Translations under genes and position numbers: made by a program
Part shown: one piece after another, positions 39,036-48,508 of the stretch
Layout of the letters: each line of letters starts with the position of its first letter
How positions within the stretch are numbered: the first letter of the stretch is position 1
Assembly (NCBI GenBank): GCA_963675595.2
Contig: CAXXLZ010000002.1
Location: forward strand, 3,456,001 to 3,520,000
Direction: 5' to 3'
Length of the DNA stretch: 64,000 nt
Source of the DNA: Thermodesulfobacteriota bacterium
GTDB lineage: Bacteria; Desulfobacterota; Desulfarculia; JACQYL01
Notes under the pieces: model-generated
Databases searched by the model: none
Told to the model about the DNA's origin: nothing
Seen by the model: the letters and a program-made list of their open reading frames with translations, nothing else

Positions 39036-41678
39036 TTGAATGTGAACTCGGTACCAAACCAAAACCCGATGGTTTCCATTGTCGTCCGCACCAAGAACAG
39101 GCCTCATCTCCTGTTGCGAGCGATAGGAAGCATTGCCCGCCAGGATTATCGTCCCCTCGAAATCGTACTGGTCAACGACGGAGGAGCTGAGCCGGATCTG
39201 GAACAACTGATCCGGGAATTGGGCGACGTTCGGCTTGAGTATGTGCGCCACGAGCAATCTCAAGGCCGGGCTCGGTCCGCTAATGCGGGCATGCAACGGG
39301 CCTCGGGTCGATTTATCGGTTTTTTGGACGATGACGACGAATTTATCCCGGAGCACGTATCTCTTCTCGCCGGAGTGCTGAAAGATTCCGATTTCCGGGT
39401 GGCCTATTCGGATTGTCGCCCGGTCTATTCGGTATATGATCCTGAACGGAAGGGATTCCAGCACCACCTGCTGGACCCGATGGAATCTTTGGACCCGGAC
39501 CCCAAACTACTTCTCCAGGAAAACCACATTCCCTTCATTTGTCTGATGGTTCACCGAGAGGTCCTGGAAAGCGTGGGATATCTCGATGAAGATTTCGAGC
39601 TGTACGAAGACTGGGATTTTATCATCAGGCTGTCCAAACGCTATTCATTTTACCACGTAAAACGCGTCACTTGTATGTATCGTCAATGGGACTCCCGCAC
39701 CCAGATGGCTTTTATCGGGGGTCGACAAGCGGAAGACGCCTATCTCAAGGTGATGCGGAAATATCGACCCGACTTCACGCCTGAAATTCTGCTGCGCCTC
39801 TATCATGAGAAGAAGCACGTCGACAATGTGCTGCAGGACAAGAAGCACCGCGAAAGGGAACAACGGCGGGAAGTCGAGACTTTAACTCGGACCTTCAATG
39901 AGAAGCTGGCTCTGAAGGACAGCGAGCTTCTAAGGAAAGACCGTCTTTTCGAGCAAGAACGGCAAAAAGCCGCGGAGGAGCGGGAAAAGCTCGCCCAGGA
40001 ACTGCATGCGGTAATTGACCTGAGAAATCGAACCATTCAGGAGTTCGGCCGCGACAAGGAGCGACTTAAGGGCGAGATCGAAGGGTTGATGCAGACGCTG
40101 GATCAACACCGGTTGGATATGCTGCAGCAGCGGGCCGAAGTGAACCGTTTCAAAGCCGAACTCGACGCCATTCGTTCGACGATGGGATGGCAAGTGGTGA
40201 GGCGGTTTCAATCTCTGATGAACCGTCTCTTTCCACCGGGCTCCATACGAGGATGGCCCTATCATAACGCCAAAAAGGTCGCGCGTACCCTCGCTACGGG
40301 AGGCGTCACCCTGCTTGCGAAGAGAGTCAGGTCCAAAGTCAGGGGAGCTTCCGCGCGATTCAAGGGAGCCGAACGGTATACTTTTTCCGTACCGGACCTT
40401 CTGGGGAGCTTTCACGAGCCGTTGCCCGCGACTTTATCGGTGGTGATTCCCACTTGGAACGGAGGCGCCGCTTTCGAGCACGTGCTGGAAAAAATCCTCT
40501 CTCAAAAAGGGATTCGGAACCTTGAGGTCATTGTGGTGGACTCCGGCTCGACGGACGACACCATGAACATCGCTTCCGACGCCGGCGCCGTTGTATTGCG
40601 TGAAGCCCCCGGGAATTTTACCCATGGCGGCACCCGAAATCTAGGCGCCGAGCCGGCCAAAGGTGATTTTATCCTGTTTATGACCCAGGATGCGGTGCCG
40701 GCGGGCGAATACGCGGTCTACCAAATGGTGAAGACCCTCATGGAAAATCCGGACGTGGCCGCTGCGAGTTGCCGGGAGGTTCCTCGTACGGATGCGGACT
40801 TGTTTGCCTGCTGGCAGATCGCCAACCATCATGAGGTCCTTGAGCTTCATACGGATACCATCGTCGGTGTGGACAAAGCACAATTCAAGAGGATGTCTCC
40901 AGGGGAAAGAAGACGGCTTTCACAGCTCAACAATATTTTTTGTTGCGTAAGAAAAGAGGTGTTTGACCGGTATAAGTTTCGCAGGATCGAGTATTCCGAG
41001 GACCTTGATCTAGGACTTCGCTTTCTGGAAGGAGGTCACAAGATCGCCTACCTCCATTCCGTGGGCGTGATCCATTCCCATAATCGTCCTCCCTCCTACT
41101 TCTTCAAGCGGAGCTTCGTGGATACCCACTGGCTTTCTCAATTGCTGGGTTACGACTCAGTCAACTGGAGACAACAGGGATTCGAGAGTTTAGCCGATTT
41201 CTATTCGCGTAACGTGGGGCTGCTGGAAGCAACGTGCCTGCTGGCGCGAGAGCTGACCGATCAATCGAGTTTTTCCCCGAACTCCGCGGCGGGTCGTTTG
41301 AGGGAGATTTCTTTGAACGGGGGCCCGTCCAAGCGTGCGGAACTGGGGCAGTGGGACTCGAACCTTTCTTCCATACTGGAAGGCTTGGAGCCCCTCATTT
41401 TCAGGGATGCCGATCCCTTTTCTTCGGGAAACGGCGTTCCGTACATACTGGATCCATTCAAAGATCCTCTGGAACGTTATCTGGCATTCGCAACCCGAGT
41501 CACCTCCGGCGAGTATCGGATGTCCGAGATTCGGCAGGGGCTGGTAAAGCTCGCCGCTACCTTTACGGGTGCCCTATTAGGTGCCGCCGCTCACTTCTAC
41601 AGGGAGCACCCGGGCCGGAACGCGGCGCCGGCGGAGTATTTCGACCGGATCACCAGCTATCTCAGGGCCGATATATGA
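39036..41678 (+). CDS. Multidomain glycosyltransferase: GT2 + coiled coil + GT2 (rhamnosyltransferase-like)
   Basis: VSIVVRTKNR..FLDDDD..EDWDF; long coiled coil; SVVIPTWNG..DSGSTD..TQDAVP..HSHN. Start may be GTG 39036 or ATG 39069. Confidence 0.88.
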   Translation: MNVNSVPNQNPMVSIVVRTKNRPHLLLRAIGSIARQDYRPLEIVLVNDGGAEPDLEQLIRELGDVRLEYVRHEQSQGRARSANAGMQRASGRFIGFLDDDDEFIPEHVSLLAGVLKDSDFRVAYSDCRPVYSVYDPERKGFQHHLLDPMESLDPDPKLLLQENHIPFICLMVHREVLESVGYLDEDFELYEDWDFIIRLSKRYSFYHVKRVTCMYRQWDSRTQMAFIGGRQAEDAYLKVMRKYRPDFTPEILLRLYHEKKHVDNVLQDKKHREREQRREVETLTRTFNEKLALKDSELLRKDRLFEQERQKAAEEREKLAQELHAVIDLRNRTIQEFGRDKERLKGEIEGLMQTLDQHRLDMLQQRAEVNRFKAELDAIRSTMGWQVVRRFQSLMNRLFPPGSIRGWPYHNAKKVARTLATGGVTLLAKRVRSKVRGASARFKGAERYTFSVPDLLGSFHEPLPATLSVVIPTWNGGAAFEHVLEKILSQKGIRNLEVIVVDSGSTDDTMNIASDAGAVVLREAPGNFTHGGTRNLGAEPAKGDFILFMTQDAVPAGEYAVYQMVKTLMENPDVAAASCREVPRTDADLFACWQIANHHEVLELHTDTIVGVDKAQFKRMSPGERRRLSQLNNIFCCVRKEVFDRYKFRRIEYSEDLDLGLRFLEGGHKIAYLHSVGVIHSHNRPPSYFFKRSFVDTHWLSQLLGYDSVNWRQQGFESLADFYSRNVGLLEATCLLARELTDQSSFSPNSAAGRLREISLNGGPSKRAELGQWDSNLSSILEGLEPLIFRDADPFSSGNGVPYILDPFKDPLERYLAFATRVTSGEYRMSEIRQGLVKLAATFTGALLGAAAHFYREHPGRNAAPAEYFDRITSYLRADI

Positions 41679-42958
41679 ATATCTGCTGTGTTGTGCACAA
41701 TTTTTTCCCTTATTTCTATACCGGCACGGAACGCTACATCCTCAACGTGTCCAAACAGCTGCAGAAGATGGGCCATCGAGTTGAGGTGCTGACGTACGGA
41801 CTCAAAGACCAGGAGGGAAGCGACTGCTTTCAATCCATGGTCAGGCACGATTATACCTACGAAGGCGTTCCGGTGGTATCCTTTCGGCACAAGACGACCC
41901 CGTCGGAAATACACTATCGGATTTTTTTCCCGGATCTCGAACTTTGCCTTACGGACTATTTCACCAAAGGCAATTTCGATCTGGTGCAGGTGGCTCACCC
42001 CATGCGTGTGGGCAGCTCGGCTCTTAAGGTTGCCAAGTCCTTGGGGATTCCAACGGTACTAACGCTGACCGACTTCTGGTTTCCCTGTCCCCGAGGACGG
42101 ATGTACCAGCCGGATTTCACGATCTGCAGTCATCCGGAGGACGGGGACCGGTGTATCTCGGTTTGCGGCGCTCCGTTGAACGTAGTGAAGCGATACCAGG
42201 AGGCACGCCAAGTCTTCTTCCACCTCGCCGATGCTCTACTGGCGCCGTCTCGACTGCTCATCGAAATCTTTCATCGCCTTGGCTGGGGAAGGGAAATCAC
42301 CCTGGTCAAACATGGTTATCTGTACGAGGGTGTTCCACCGTCGAGAAATCGGAAAAAGGTTTCGGGATCGTTGAGGGTCGGGTACTTCGGGGCCGTGTCC
42401 CATGTCAAAGGAGTGGATTACCTGATCGACTGCTTCAAGAAAGTCCCCGGAAACAACATCAGTCTGGACATTCACGGCGGGTATATCGACGAGAAGGAAT
42501 TTTTCGATTCGTTGATCAAACGGGCCGGCAACGACCCCCGCATTCGGTTCAAAGGCAAGTACGAGATCGAAGAGCTGCCCCGGATCATGGAGGATATCGA
42601 CCTGGTGGTGGTGCCGTCGAATACGCTAGAAAGTTACGGCTTGGTGGTCATCGAGAGTATGGCTCACTACACGCCGGTCATCGCGTCGGACGTTGTGGGA
42701 AGCGCCTACGAATATATCGAGCACGGAGTCAATGGGTATATCTTCAACCTCAAAGAGCCCGAAACGCTGACGCGAATTCTGGAGTCCGTCGCCAACGATC
42801 CGGAGATCGTCGAAAATTGGCGACACAATGTGAAACCTCCTCCACGAATTGAGGAAGAAGTGTTTCTGTTGGAAAATATCTATTCGGGATTGGTTTCCCC
42901 GGACAATACTCCGGCCGCAAGCGCCTTTCAGCATCGCCCCGTGTCGGGAGGGGCCTGA
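41675..42958 (+). CDS. GT4 family glycosyltransferase
   Basis: HNFFP..GTERY, TLTDFWFPCPR, KGVD and ESYGLVVIES; ATGA overlap with the upstream gene. Confidence 0.9.
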   Translation: MNICCVVHNFFPYFYTGTERYILNVSKQLQKMGHRVEVLTYGLKDQEGSDCFQSMVRHDYTYEGVPVVSFRHKTTPSEIHYRIFFPDLELCLTDYFTKGNFDLVQVAHPMRVGSSALKVAKSLGIPTVLTLTDFWFPCPRGRMYQPDFTICSHPEDGDRCISVCGAPLNVVKRYQEARQVFFHLADALLAPSRLLIEIFHRLGWGREITLVKHGYLYEGVPPSRNRKKVSGSLRVGYFGAVSHVKGVDYLIDCFKKVPGNNISLDIHGGYIDEKEFFDSLIKRAGNDPRIRFKGKYEIEELPRIMEDIDLVVVPSNTLESYGLVVIESMAHYTPVIASDVVGSAYEYIEHGVNGYIFNLKEPETLTRILESVANDPEIVENWRHNVKPPPRIEEEVFLLENIYSGLVSPDNTPAASAFQHRPVSGGA

Positions 42959-42961
42959 CAC

Positions 42962-43222
42962 ATGCCCGAAACCGCCCCACGAGAACAAGAGGGATCGAAA
43001 CGCAACCAACGGTCCAAGTGGTTGAACGCCCTTGTGGCGGTGCTGCTGCTACTCGGCGGGTTCCTGTTGGCGGCAAACCTGATGGGACTAGTTCAGCGCA
43101 AGATGGCCTCGGAATCTTTCGGCGATCGACTTCCCATCCTGCTGGCTTTGATCGGGATCGCAATCATCGTCTTTACCCTTCGCCGCCGCCGGAACCGTCC
43201 CTCTCATAGCGAGGACGAATAG
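42962..43222 (+). CDS. Small two-TM membrane protein
   Basis: 86 aa, two hydrophobic segments, GGAGGG RBS, 3 bp after the GT4 stop. Confidence 0.65.
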   Translation: MPETAPREQEGSKRNQRSKWLNALVAVLLLLGGFLLAANLMGLVQRKMASESFGDRLPILLALIGIAIIVFTLRRRRNRPSHSEDE

Positions 43223-43238
43223 CACGACCGGGAGACCG

Positions 43239-43787
43239 TCAAGGCGAAACCCGATTTTCGAAAAGATAGTCGAGGAGAAAAAAGATTTCCCGAGACTTCC
43301 TTTCCCGATTTTTCGCCAAATGTATCTGCCAGTCTCCTCCCTCCTCCAGCCCGACGATGATCCCATCCTTCTTTTTGTCCAAGAACGGCTTGTTGTAAGA
43401 AAAGAACTCGAGTTTTTCATTGTCGCCCAGAAGCACTTCCCGTTCTTCGGCAAATAGGCTTGAATTGCCCTCTTGAAGGCGTTCACGGTGGTCTTTGAGG
43501 GGCTCGTACTGGTAGGTTACTCGAACGATTCCCGCCTCCCCGCATTCACAGTGGGCATAGTAGTAGATACCGTCCCGGACGTAGTCGCAGTCCCTCAGGA
43601 AGTCCGAAAGCCGGTCGATGGCCACTTCTCTGGATAAGACCGTTTTGAAATACTCGTTCTTGTCTTTCGCGAGTTGCTCTCTTGCGGCGCTTCCCGAGCA
43701 TCCCGCTAATAGAACCGCCAGCAGGGCGAAGCTGACCGCCATCCTTGCCGTTGCGCTTACTGTTCGCCGAAAGGCCCCTAAATGCAT
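43239..43787 (-). CDS. Hypothetical lipoprotein
   Basis: LLAGC lipobox; directly downstream of usp. Confidence 0.7.
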   Translation of the reverse strand: MHLGAFRRTVSATARMAVSFALLAVLLAGCSGSAAREQLAKDKNEYFKTVLSREVAIDRLSDFLRDCDYVRDGIYYYAHCECGEAGIVRVTYQYEPLKDHRERLQEGNSSLFAEEREVLLGDNEKLEFFSYNKPFLDKKKDGIIVGLEEGGDWQIHLAKNRERKSREIFFLLDYLFENRVSP

Positions 43788-43790
43788 TTG

Positions 43791-44258
43791 TCATCCAATT
43801 CCGGGATTTACCGTGACGACCGGGCGGGGTGAGTGGAGAATGATGTATTGGGCGGTGCTCCCGAACAAGGCTTTTCCCGTTGGGCTTCGTTTCTGGATGC
43901 CCACCACGATACAATCGATCTTATCCCCTTCCTCCTGAAGAAACTTGATGATGTCGGGTCCGACGCCATTGCCCATATTCAACACCCGGGCTTCGCATTC
44001 CAACCCAGCCGCTCGAATTTCCTTCTCCGCGTCTTCGAGCATTTCGTGTATCGACTCGGTGATGGCCTGCCTGTAATGCTCGGCGACTTCGGAAAAACTC
44101 AGACTTCGAATGATGGGATTCTTGTCCGTAAGTGTTTTTTCAGGCGGCAAAGCGTAAACCAACAACAAGGAAGCGTTCTTATCAAGGGCTTCTCCGATGG
44201 CGTATTTCAACGCTCTTACAGCGGAATCCGTTCCGTCGTAGGCAACCGCGATAGCCAT
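43791..44258 (-). CDS. Universal stress protein
   Basis: IAVAYDGT and IVVGIQKRSPTGKALFGSTAQYIILHSPRPVVTV; GGGAGG RBS. Confidence 0.93.
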   Translation of the reverse strand: MAIAVAYDGTDSAVRALKYAIGEALDKNASLLLVYALPPEKTLTDKNPIIRSLSFSEVAEHYRQAITESIHEMLEDAEKEIRAAGLECEARVLNMGNGVGPDIIKFLQEEGDKIDCIVVGIQKRSPTGKALFGSTAQYIILHSPRPVVTVNPGIG

Positions 44259-44529
44259 GATCCATCCCTCCCCAGGGGGTAATGAACAGCCGCCGGCCAA
44301 TCCGTCCCGAGTCGTCCGCATCGGCCTGATACCGGCTCGCCTTCTTGTGTTCTTCCAAGAATGGGAAAATTCATCATATCATAGCTTGAAGTGGTGAGTG
44401 ATCTTTTTATCCACGGTCGTGCAAAAGGGCGATTCACAGGGGGCCGTCCCTTCAGCTCAGTCTACCGAGGCTCACACGTTGATACCTATCCCACGTTCAT
44501 GCAACCGCACCGACGTTTTGTTTATTTCC

Positions 44530-44559
44530 GCCCCACTCCGAAGCGATTCGGAGAGGGGC
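44530..44559. terminator. Hairpin downstream of the small ORF 44571-44774
   Basis: GCCCCACTCCGAA-GCGA-TTCGGAGAGGGGC, one mismatch. Confidence 0.6.
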
Positions 44560-44570
44560 TTTTCGAAGCA

Positions 44571-44774
44571 TCAGTGAACACCGTAGGCGCAAAACGCACT
44601 ACTCCTCAGGCCTGATCGGCAGAAATACTCGTCGGACCGATCGGCTCGATGAGAGGATACCCACTCGGCCCATTCGTCCGGTTGAAACTCCATCACCGGG
44701 CGGCCGTCGTGGTCTTCATATCGTAAATGAGCGAGGTGTTCTCGCAAGCTTTCTTTTTTTGATGTATGATTCAT
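44571..44774 (-). CDS. Small hypothetical protein (67 aa)
   Basis: AAAGGAG RBS upstream and hairpin downstream; C-terminus EYFCRSGLRSSAFCAYGVH. Confidence 0.6.
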   Translation of the reverse strand: MNHTSKKESLREHLAHLRYEDHDGRPVMEFQPDEWAEWVSSHRADRSDEYFCRSGLRSSAFCAYGVH

Positions 44775-45156
44775 GGAATCGTCATCTCCTTTCAACTCCC
44801 CTTCCTGTTATGGAAGGTATGATCGTTTTGCGGTGGGTCAAGAGGAAGGAAGAGCGGCTTTCGGCGGTGGGGCGGGAACGGACGCAACCCGGGCCGGACG
44901 GCCACTGTCTGAGGCTTGAAAACCGGGAGGTCGACGAACCCAAGATCGGATTTGCGCGGGTCGTTGCTTTCCGTAATTTCTTGTTTGTCGGCTCAGAGAA
45001 CGCAGACCGAAAGTTTGATGCGGTTACACGTCGTTGGTCGCTGCGGTGCAGAAGGCAAACTTCTTAGAGGCTTGTCCGCACGATTTGCTGAAAGGACCGA
45101 CCGAGGGGTCGCTTCATTTCGAAAGCCGTCAATTCACAAGAGAGGAAGAAAACCAA

Positions 45157-46266
45157 ATGAAAAACGCGGCTTGGTACGTTGTGGCCACGTTGGGCCTTAT
45201 GGTGCTGATGCTGTACGGTCAGACTTACTCGCAGGAGAACCCTTCCCTGCGGCCCGGAGACAGATTTCCTCTTACCTCTCTTCCCACGCCCCCTTCAGAA
45301 AAGGATCGAGCCTATCTGGGGACCGAGACGGCGGAAGCCCTTGATATGGCGGCCATCCCGGCTGATGTTCTGGTAGTGGAACTTTTGAATGTCTACTGTC
45401 TGAGTTGCCGTCGACAGGCGCCGGTGTTTGGTGAGCTGGTTAAGGCGATCGAGCCCCTTGACGGCGGGGACAGGGTCAAGTTCCTGGGGATCGCGGCGGG
45501 AAACGATCAAGAAGAATCCGACGACTTCAGGAGAGAATTCGATCTTCCTTTTCCGGTCATTCCGGATCCACATTTTGAGCTTTACGAGGCCCTTGGAGGG
45601 ACTCGCACCCCATTGACCATTATGCTTCGCAGAAACCCGGAAACCGGGGAACTCATCGTGATGAGGGTTCATCTGGGTTTCAAAGGAGATGTGGGGGAGT
45701 TGGCGGACGAAGTGGCGGCCGTGGCCGGCATGGACATGAGTCAAGTTCGGGTTGCCGGGCCGAAACCGGAAATCGGGGGAGTTCCGATCAGGCCTGCGTT
45801 GAAAGTCGGAACTCTGGAGGAACGAGTTCGTGAAGCACTTTCCGAGGCGGCGGGAGAACCAATGAACGCGGTGAAGGCCGGTTCGAAGAGCTATCGAACC
45901 ATCTACGCGGGTTGCCGCCTCGACGGATCGAAATCCGCGGCCGCCTTGTTTGCGGTGGTGGTGGCCAGGGAGGTCCCCTGCGACCTCTGCCACGACGTGC
46001 ATTTTATCTACGTATTAAACGAGTCCGGCGAGTTGGCGCACTTCGTTCCCATCGAGCTGAGCAAATATGGGAATGAGCCTTTTACCGAAGAAGACTACGA
46101 CAAGCTCAGGGCGAATCTTGTGGGCAAGGACGTTCGCCGTCGCGTGGAATTTCGTCCTCAAGTGGATTCGGTTGCCGGCGCCACGATTTCCAGTTCCGTG
46201 GTTTTCGATAGTGTATCCAATGGAACGGCGTTGCTCGAAGAATTTAAGAACACGCCCTGTAATTGA
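45157..46266 (+). CDS. Exported TlpA/redoxin fused to a CxxCH-containing FMN-binding-like domain
   Basis: Signal peptide; NVYCLSC, FPVIPD and TRTP (thioredoxin fold); PCDLCHD; VDSVAGATISS. Confidence 0.75.
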   Translation: MKNAAWYVVATLGLMVLMLYGQTYSQENPSLRPGDRFPLTSLPTPPSEKDRAYLGTETAEALDMAAIPADVLVVELLNVYCLSCRRQAPVFGELVKAIEPLDGGDRVKFLGIAAGNDQEESDDFRREFDLPFPVIPDPHFELYEALGGTRTPLTIMLRRNPETGELIVMRVHLGFKGDVGELADEVAAVAGMDMSQVRVAGPKPEIGGVPIRPALKVGTLEERVREALSEAAGEPMNAVKAGSKSYRTIYAGCRLDGSKSAAALFAVVVAREVPCDLCHDVHFIYVLNESGELAHFVPIELSKYGNEPFTEEDYDKLRANLVGKDVRRRVEFRPQVDSVAGATISSSVVFDSVSNGTALLEEFKNTPCN

Positions 46267-46376
46267 CGCGCGGCGGGATGTCGAGAAAACCGATTTGAGG
46301 CGTTGCGCTTCCTCCCACGGTGGCCGGACTTTTTAGCTTGGCTGTCGCACGGTTGAGTTCGCCGAGGATTAGATGC

Positions 46377-46416
46377 AAAAGGCCGACCCTCCCAACCGAC
46401 TGAGGGGGTCGGCCTT
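46377..46416 (-). terminator. Intrinsic terminator between the convergent redoxin and hesB-like genes
   Basis: AAGGCCGACCCTC ... GGGGGTCGGCCTT stem with a minus-strand U run. Confidence 0.7.
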
Positions 46417-46469
46417 CTATTCTCCACAGATGGCCGGAAACGGAATGTTCCGGGACACGCCTCAGCGTA

Positions 46470-46781
46470 TCAGCAAGAACAGGAACTACCGCAGGATTTT
46501 GGGGTGAATTTCTCAGCGGTCACCGAAAATCCCGACTGCCATCCTCTTTCCACGAAGTCTACCGTGATGCTGCCCATACGATCCATCAGACCTTCGTCCA
46601 CGAGATACTTGAGTCCGTCGAGATCGAAAACCTTATCGCTGTTTTTTGGCTCATCCAGAGCCAATTGCAGAGACGGGCCACCTCACCCGCCTTCCGCCCA
46701 ATAAACGCGAACCGGTTTGGGATTCTGTCCTTGGAAGTACTCCAGGAACTTATCATGCGCTTCGTTGGTAACCGTCAGCAT
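46470..46781 (-). CDS. IscA/HesB-like selenoprotein (UGA = Sec at codon 33)
   Basis: GAAAGGAAGG RBS and ATG at 46781; MLTVTNEAHDKFLEYFQGQNPKPVRVYWAEGG-UGA-GGPSLQLALDEP...CGSSCSC. The UGA is at 46683-46685. Confidence 0.9.
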
Positions 46782-47212
46782 ATTACCTTCCTTTCAACCA
46801 ATTTTTGGCCATCCAAAAGATGATTCAAGTTCTGCCATTTCTTTTATTCACTAACTCCGCCGAAGTCAAGAGCACGACTCAATCCGGAATAATCACAACG
46901 CATTGTGCAAGCTATATCCGCCTCTCGTTTCGCCCTGTTCAAACGAACCCCGCTTTTTCCCAACGCCGATGAGATGGGCCGATACCAAGCCGCTCGTCGC
47001 CGCTGCGATTCGGAAAAGAGAATATTTATGCCGAATTCAACCCTCCCCTCTCTTCCCTGTCTCACCGACCCGCGAGGCCTTCCGTGATCTTGCGGCCGGC
47101 GTAGACACTTGCGTTTAAACACAAACGAATTAAAATGTTTCTATATGGATAGACGTTAAGAGATCGTAAACGGGTTTTCGTTACACGACGGCTCGAAAAA
47201 GGGGAGGTTGAA

Positions 47213-47875
47213 ATGAATGAGAAAAAACGTGAATTACTTGCGATCTTCCCACTTCCCAATTTTGTTTTGTTTCCGGGCATTGTTGTTCCCCTGAACATAT
47301 TCGAACCCAGATATGTGACTATGATCAAGGATGTAATTGAAGGGGAGGGCGAATTCGGCATTGTGGCCCTGAAGTCCGGTTGGGAGTCGGACTATCTCGG
47401 CAATCCTCCCGCCTACAGCGTGGGATGTAAGGTGTCCCTGGTTCAGGAAGAGGAGCTGCCGGACGGCCGTTTCAACGTTCTGGTCCGGGCTTACGAAAAG
47501 TTTCGCATCGAAAAGGAGATTCCGGGTAAACCCTACCGCCGCGCTTTTGTGGTACCTTTGGAGGAACGGGAAGTCGCGGGCGAAGAAAAGGGAATCGAAC
47601 TTTGCGAGACACTGCTTTCTCGGGTGGCGGATTGCGGCGACCGTTTCATCGACGGCGAGCAAATCAAGGAGTTGACCGTACTTGACCCATCGGTCTTCAT
47701 TAACGCGGTTTCCTACTTGAGCCTTTTAGACACTTGTTCGAAGCAATTCCTCCTGGAGGCCGACGGGGTAACCGATCGGTACGAGAAGTACATGCAACTC
47801 GCCGAATTTGATCGCGCCGGATATCCCTCTAGGAGTGGCCCCATGGAGACGGGTCGGGACGAGCGGGTGCACTGA
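47213..47875 (+). CDS. LON peptidase substrate-binding (N-terminal) domain protein
   Basis: IFPLPNFVLFPG..PLNIFEPRY and LPDGRFN; no AAA+ or protease domain. Confidence 0.9.
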   Translation: MNEKKRELLAIFPLPNFVLFPGIVVPLNIFEPRYVTMIKDVIEGEGEFGIVALKSGWESDYLGNPPAYSVGCKVSLVQEEELPDGRFNVLVRAYEKFRIEKEIPGKPYRRAFVVPLEEREVAGEEKGIELCETLLSRVADCGDRFIDGEQIKELTVLDPSVFINAVSYLSLLDTCSKQFLLEADGVTDRYEKYMQLAEFDRAGYPSRSGPMETGRDERVH

Positions 47876-47968
47876 GGAGAAGATTTCCGCGGGGGGAAAG
47901 AGCGGGCTCAGAATGCCTTTCCCCATAATTCGGCCCAGCCTCTTGAGCAACATAACATCACGAGGGAA

Positions 47969-48424
47969 ATGGTGTCGTACTCGGAACATAATACCGAGGA
48001 CTGGAACGGGGATGAGAATCGAAACGCGGCGGAGCGACTCCGCCGTTGGCATTTTTCGAAGTCGGACAAGCCCTGTCGATGTCCCGTTGCATGGGCGTCC
48101 GAGGTGGAGAGCCTGCTGCTCGACCTGCATCGTCGGTTCCCTCAAGCTCGACTCGTTCAATTCGGGCAACTGGTCGGCCGGATGTTTCTGGTCGTTCGTG
48201 GGCTGAATGACGAAGAGTCGGCGCAGCTCAAGGAGATGATTATGAGGTGCGAGTTGCGACTCTCCAAACGAGGGGCGTATCAAGATTTGAGCCAGTTGTT
48301 GGGCATTCTCGAAAAAGCCCCGGAACCGACCGGCGGCCGCGTCCCGAGACGACCCTACGCCGAATTGTTGGCCCGGCTGGAAAAAGAGAGCCGGGAGGGA
48401 ACCCCGTGCCCCGGCGAGGAGTAG
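47969..48424 (+). CDS. Hypothetical protein
   Basis: 151 aa ORF with GAGGG RBS filling the gap. Confidence 0.65.
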   Translation: MVSYSEHNTEDWNGDENRNAAERLRRWHFSKSDKPCRCPVAWASEVESLLLDLHRRFPQARLVQFGQLVGRMFLVVRGLNDEESAQLKEMIMRCELRLSKRGAYQDLSQLLGILEKAPEPTGGRVPRRPYAELLARLEKESREGTPCPGEE

Positions 48425-48508
48425 TCTTTAGGATGCCGCCTTCCGGCCGGAACAATCTGCTTGCAAGGCCTCAGGGCCTATGTTAAAGCAAGGCCGATCG
48501 GTCCTTCT

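Noticed and set aside
44470-44573. Sec readthrough of the 44571 ORF (His-UGA-Cys)
   Set aside because: The downstream stem looks like an ordinary terminator-type hairpin and the extension has no recognisable motif.
45050-45110. c-di-GMP-I riboswitch starting at GGCAAAC
   Set aside because: It lacks the GAAA-capped stem and the GACGCAAAG element.
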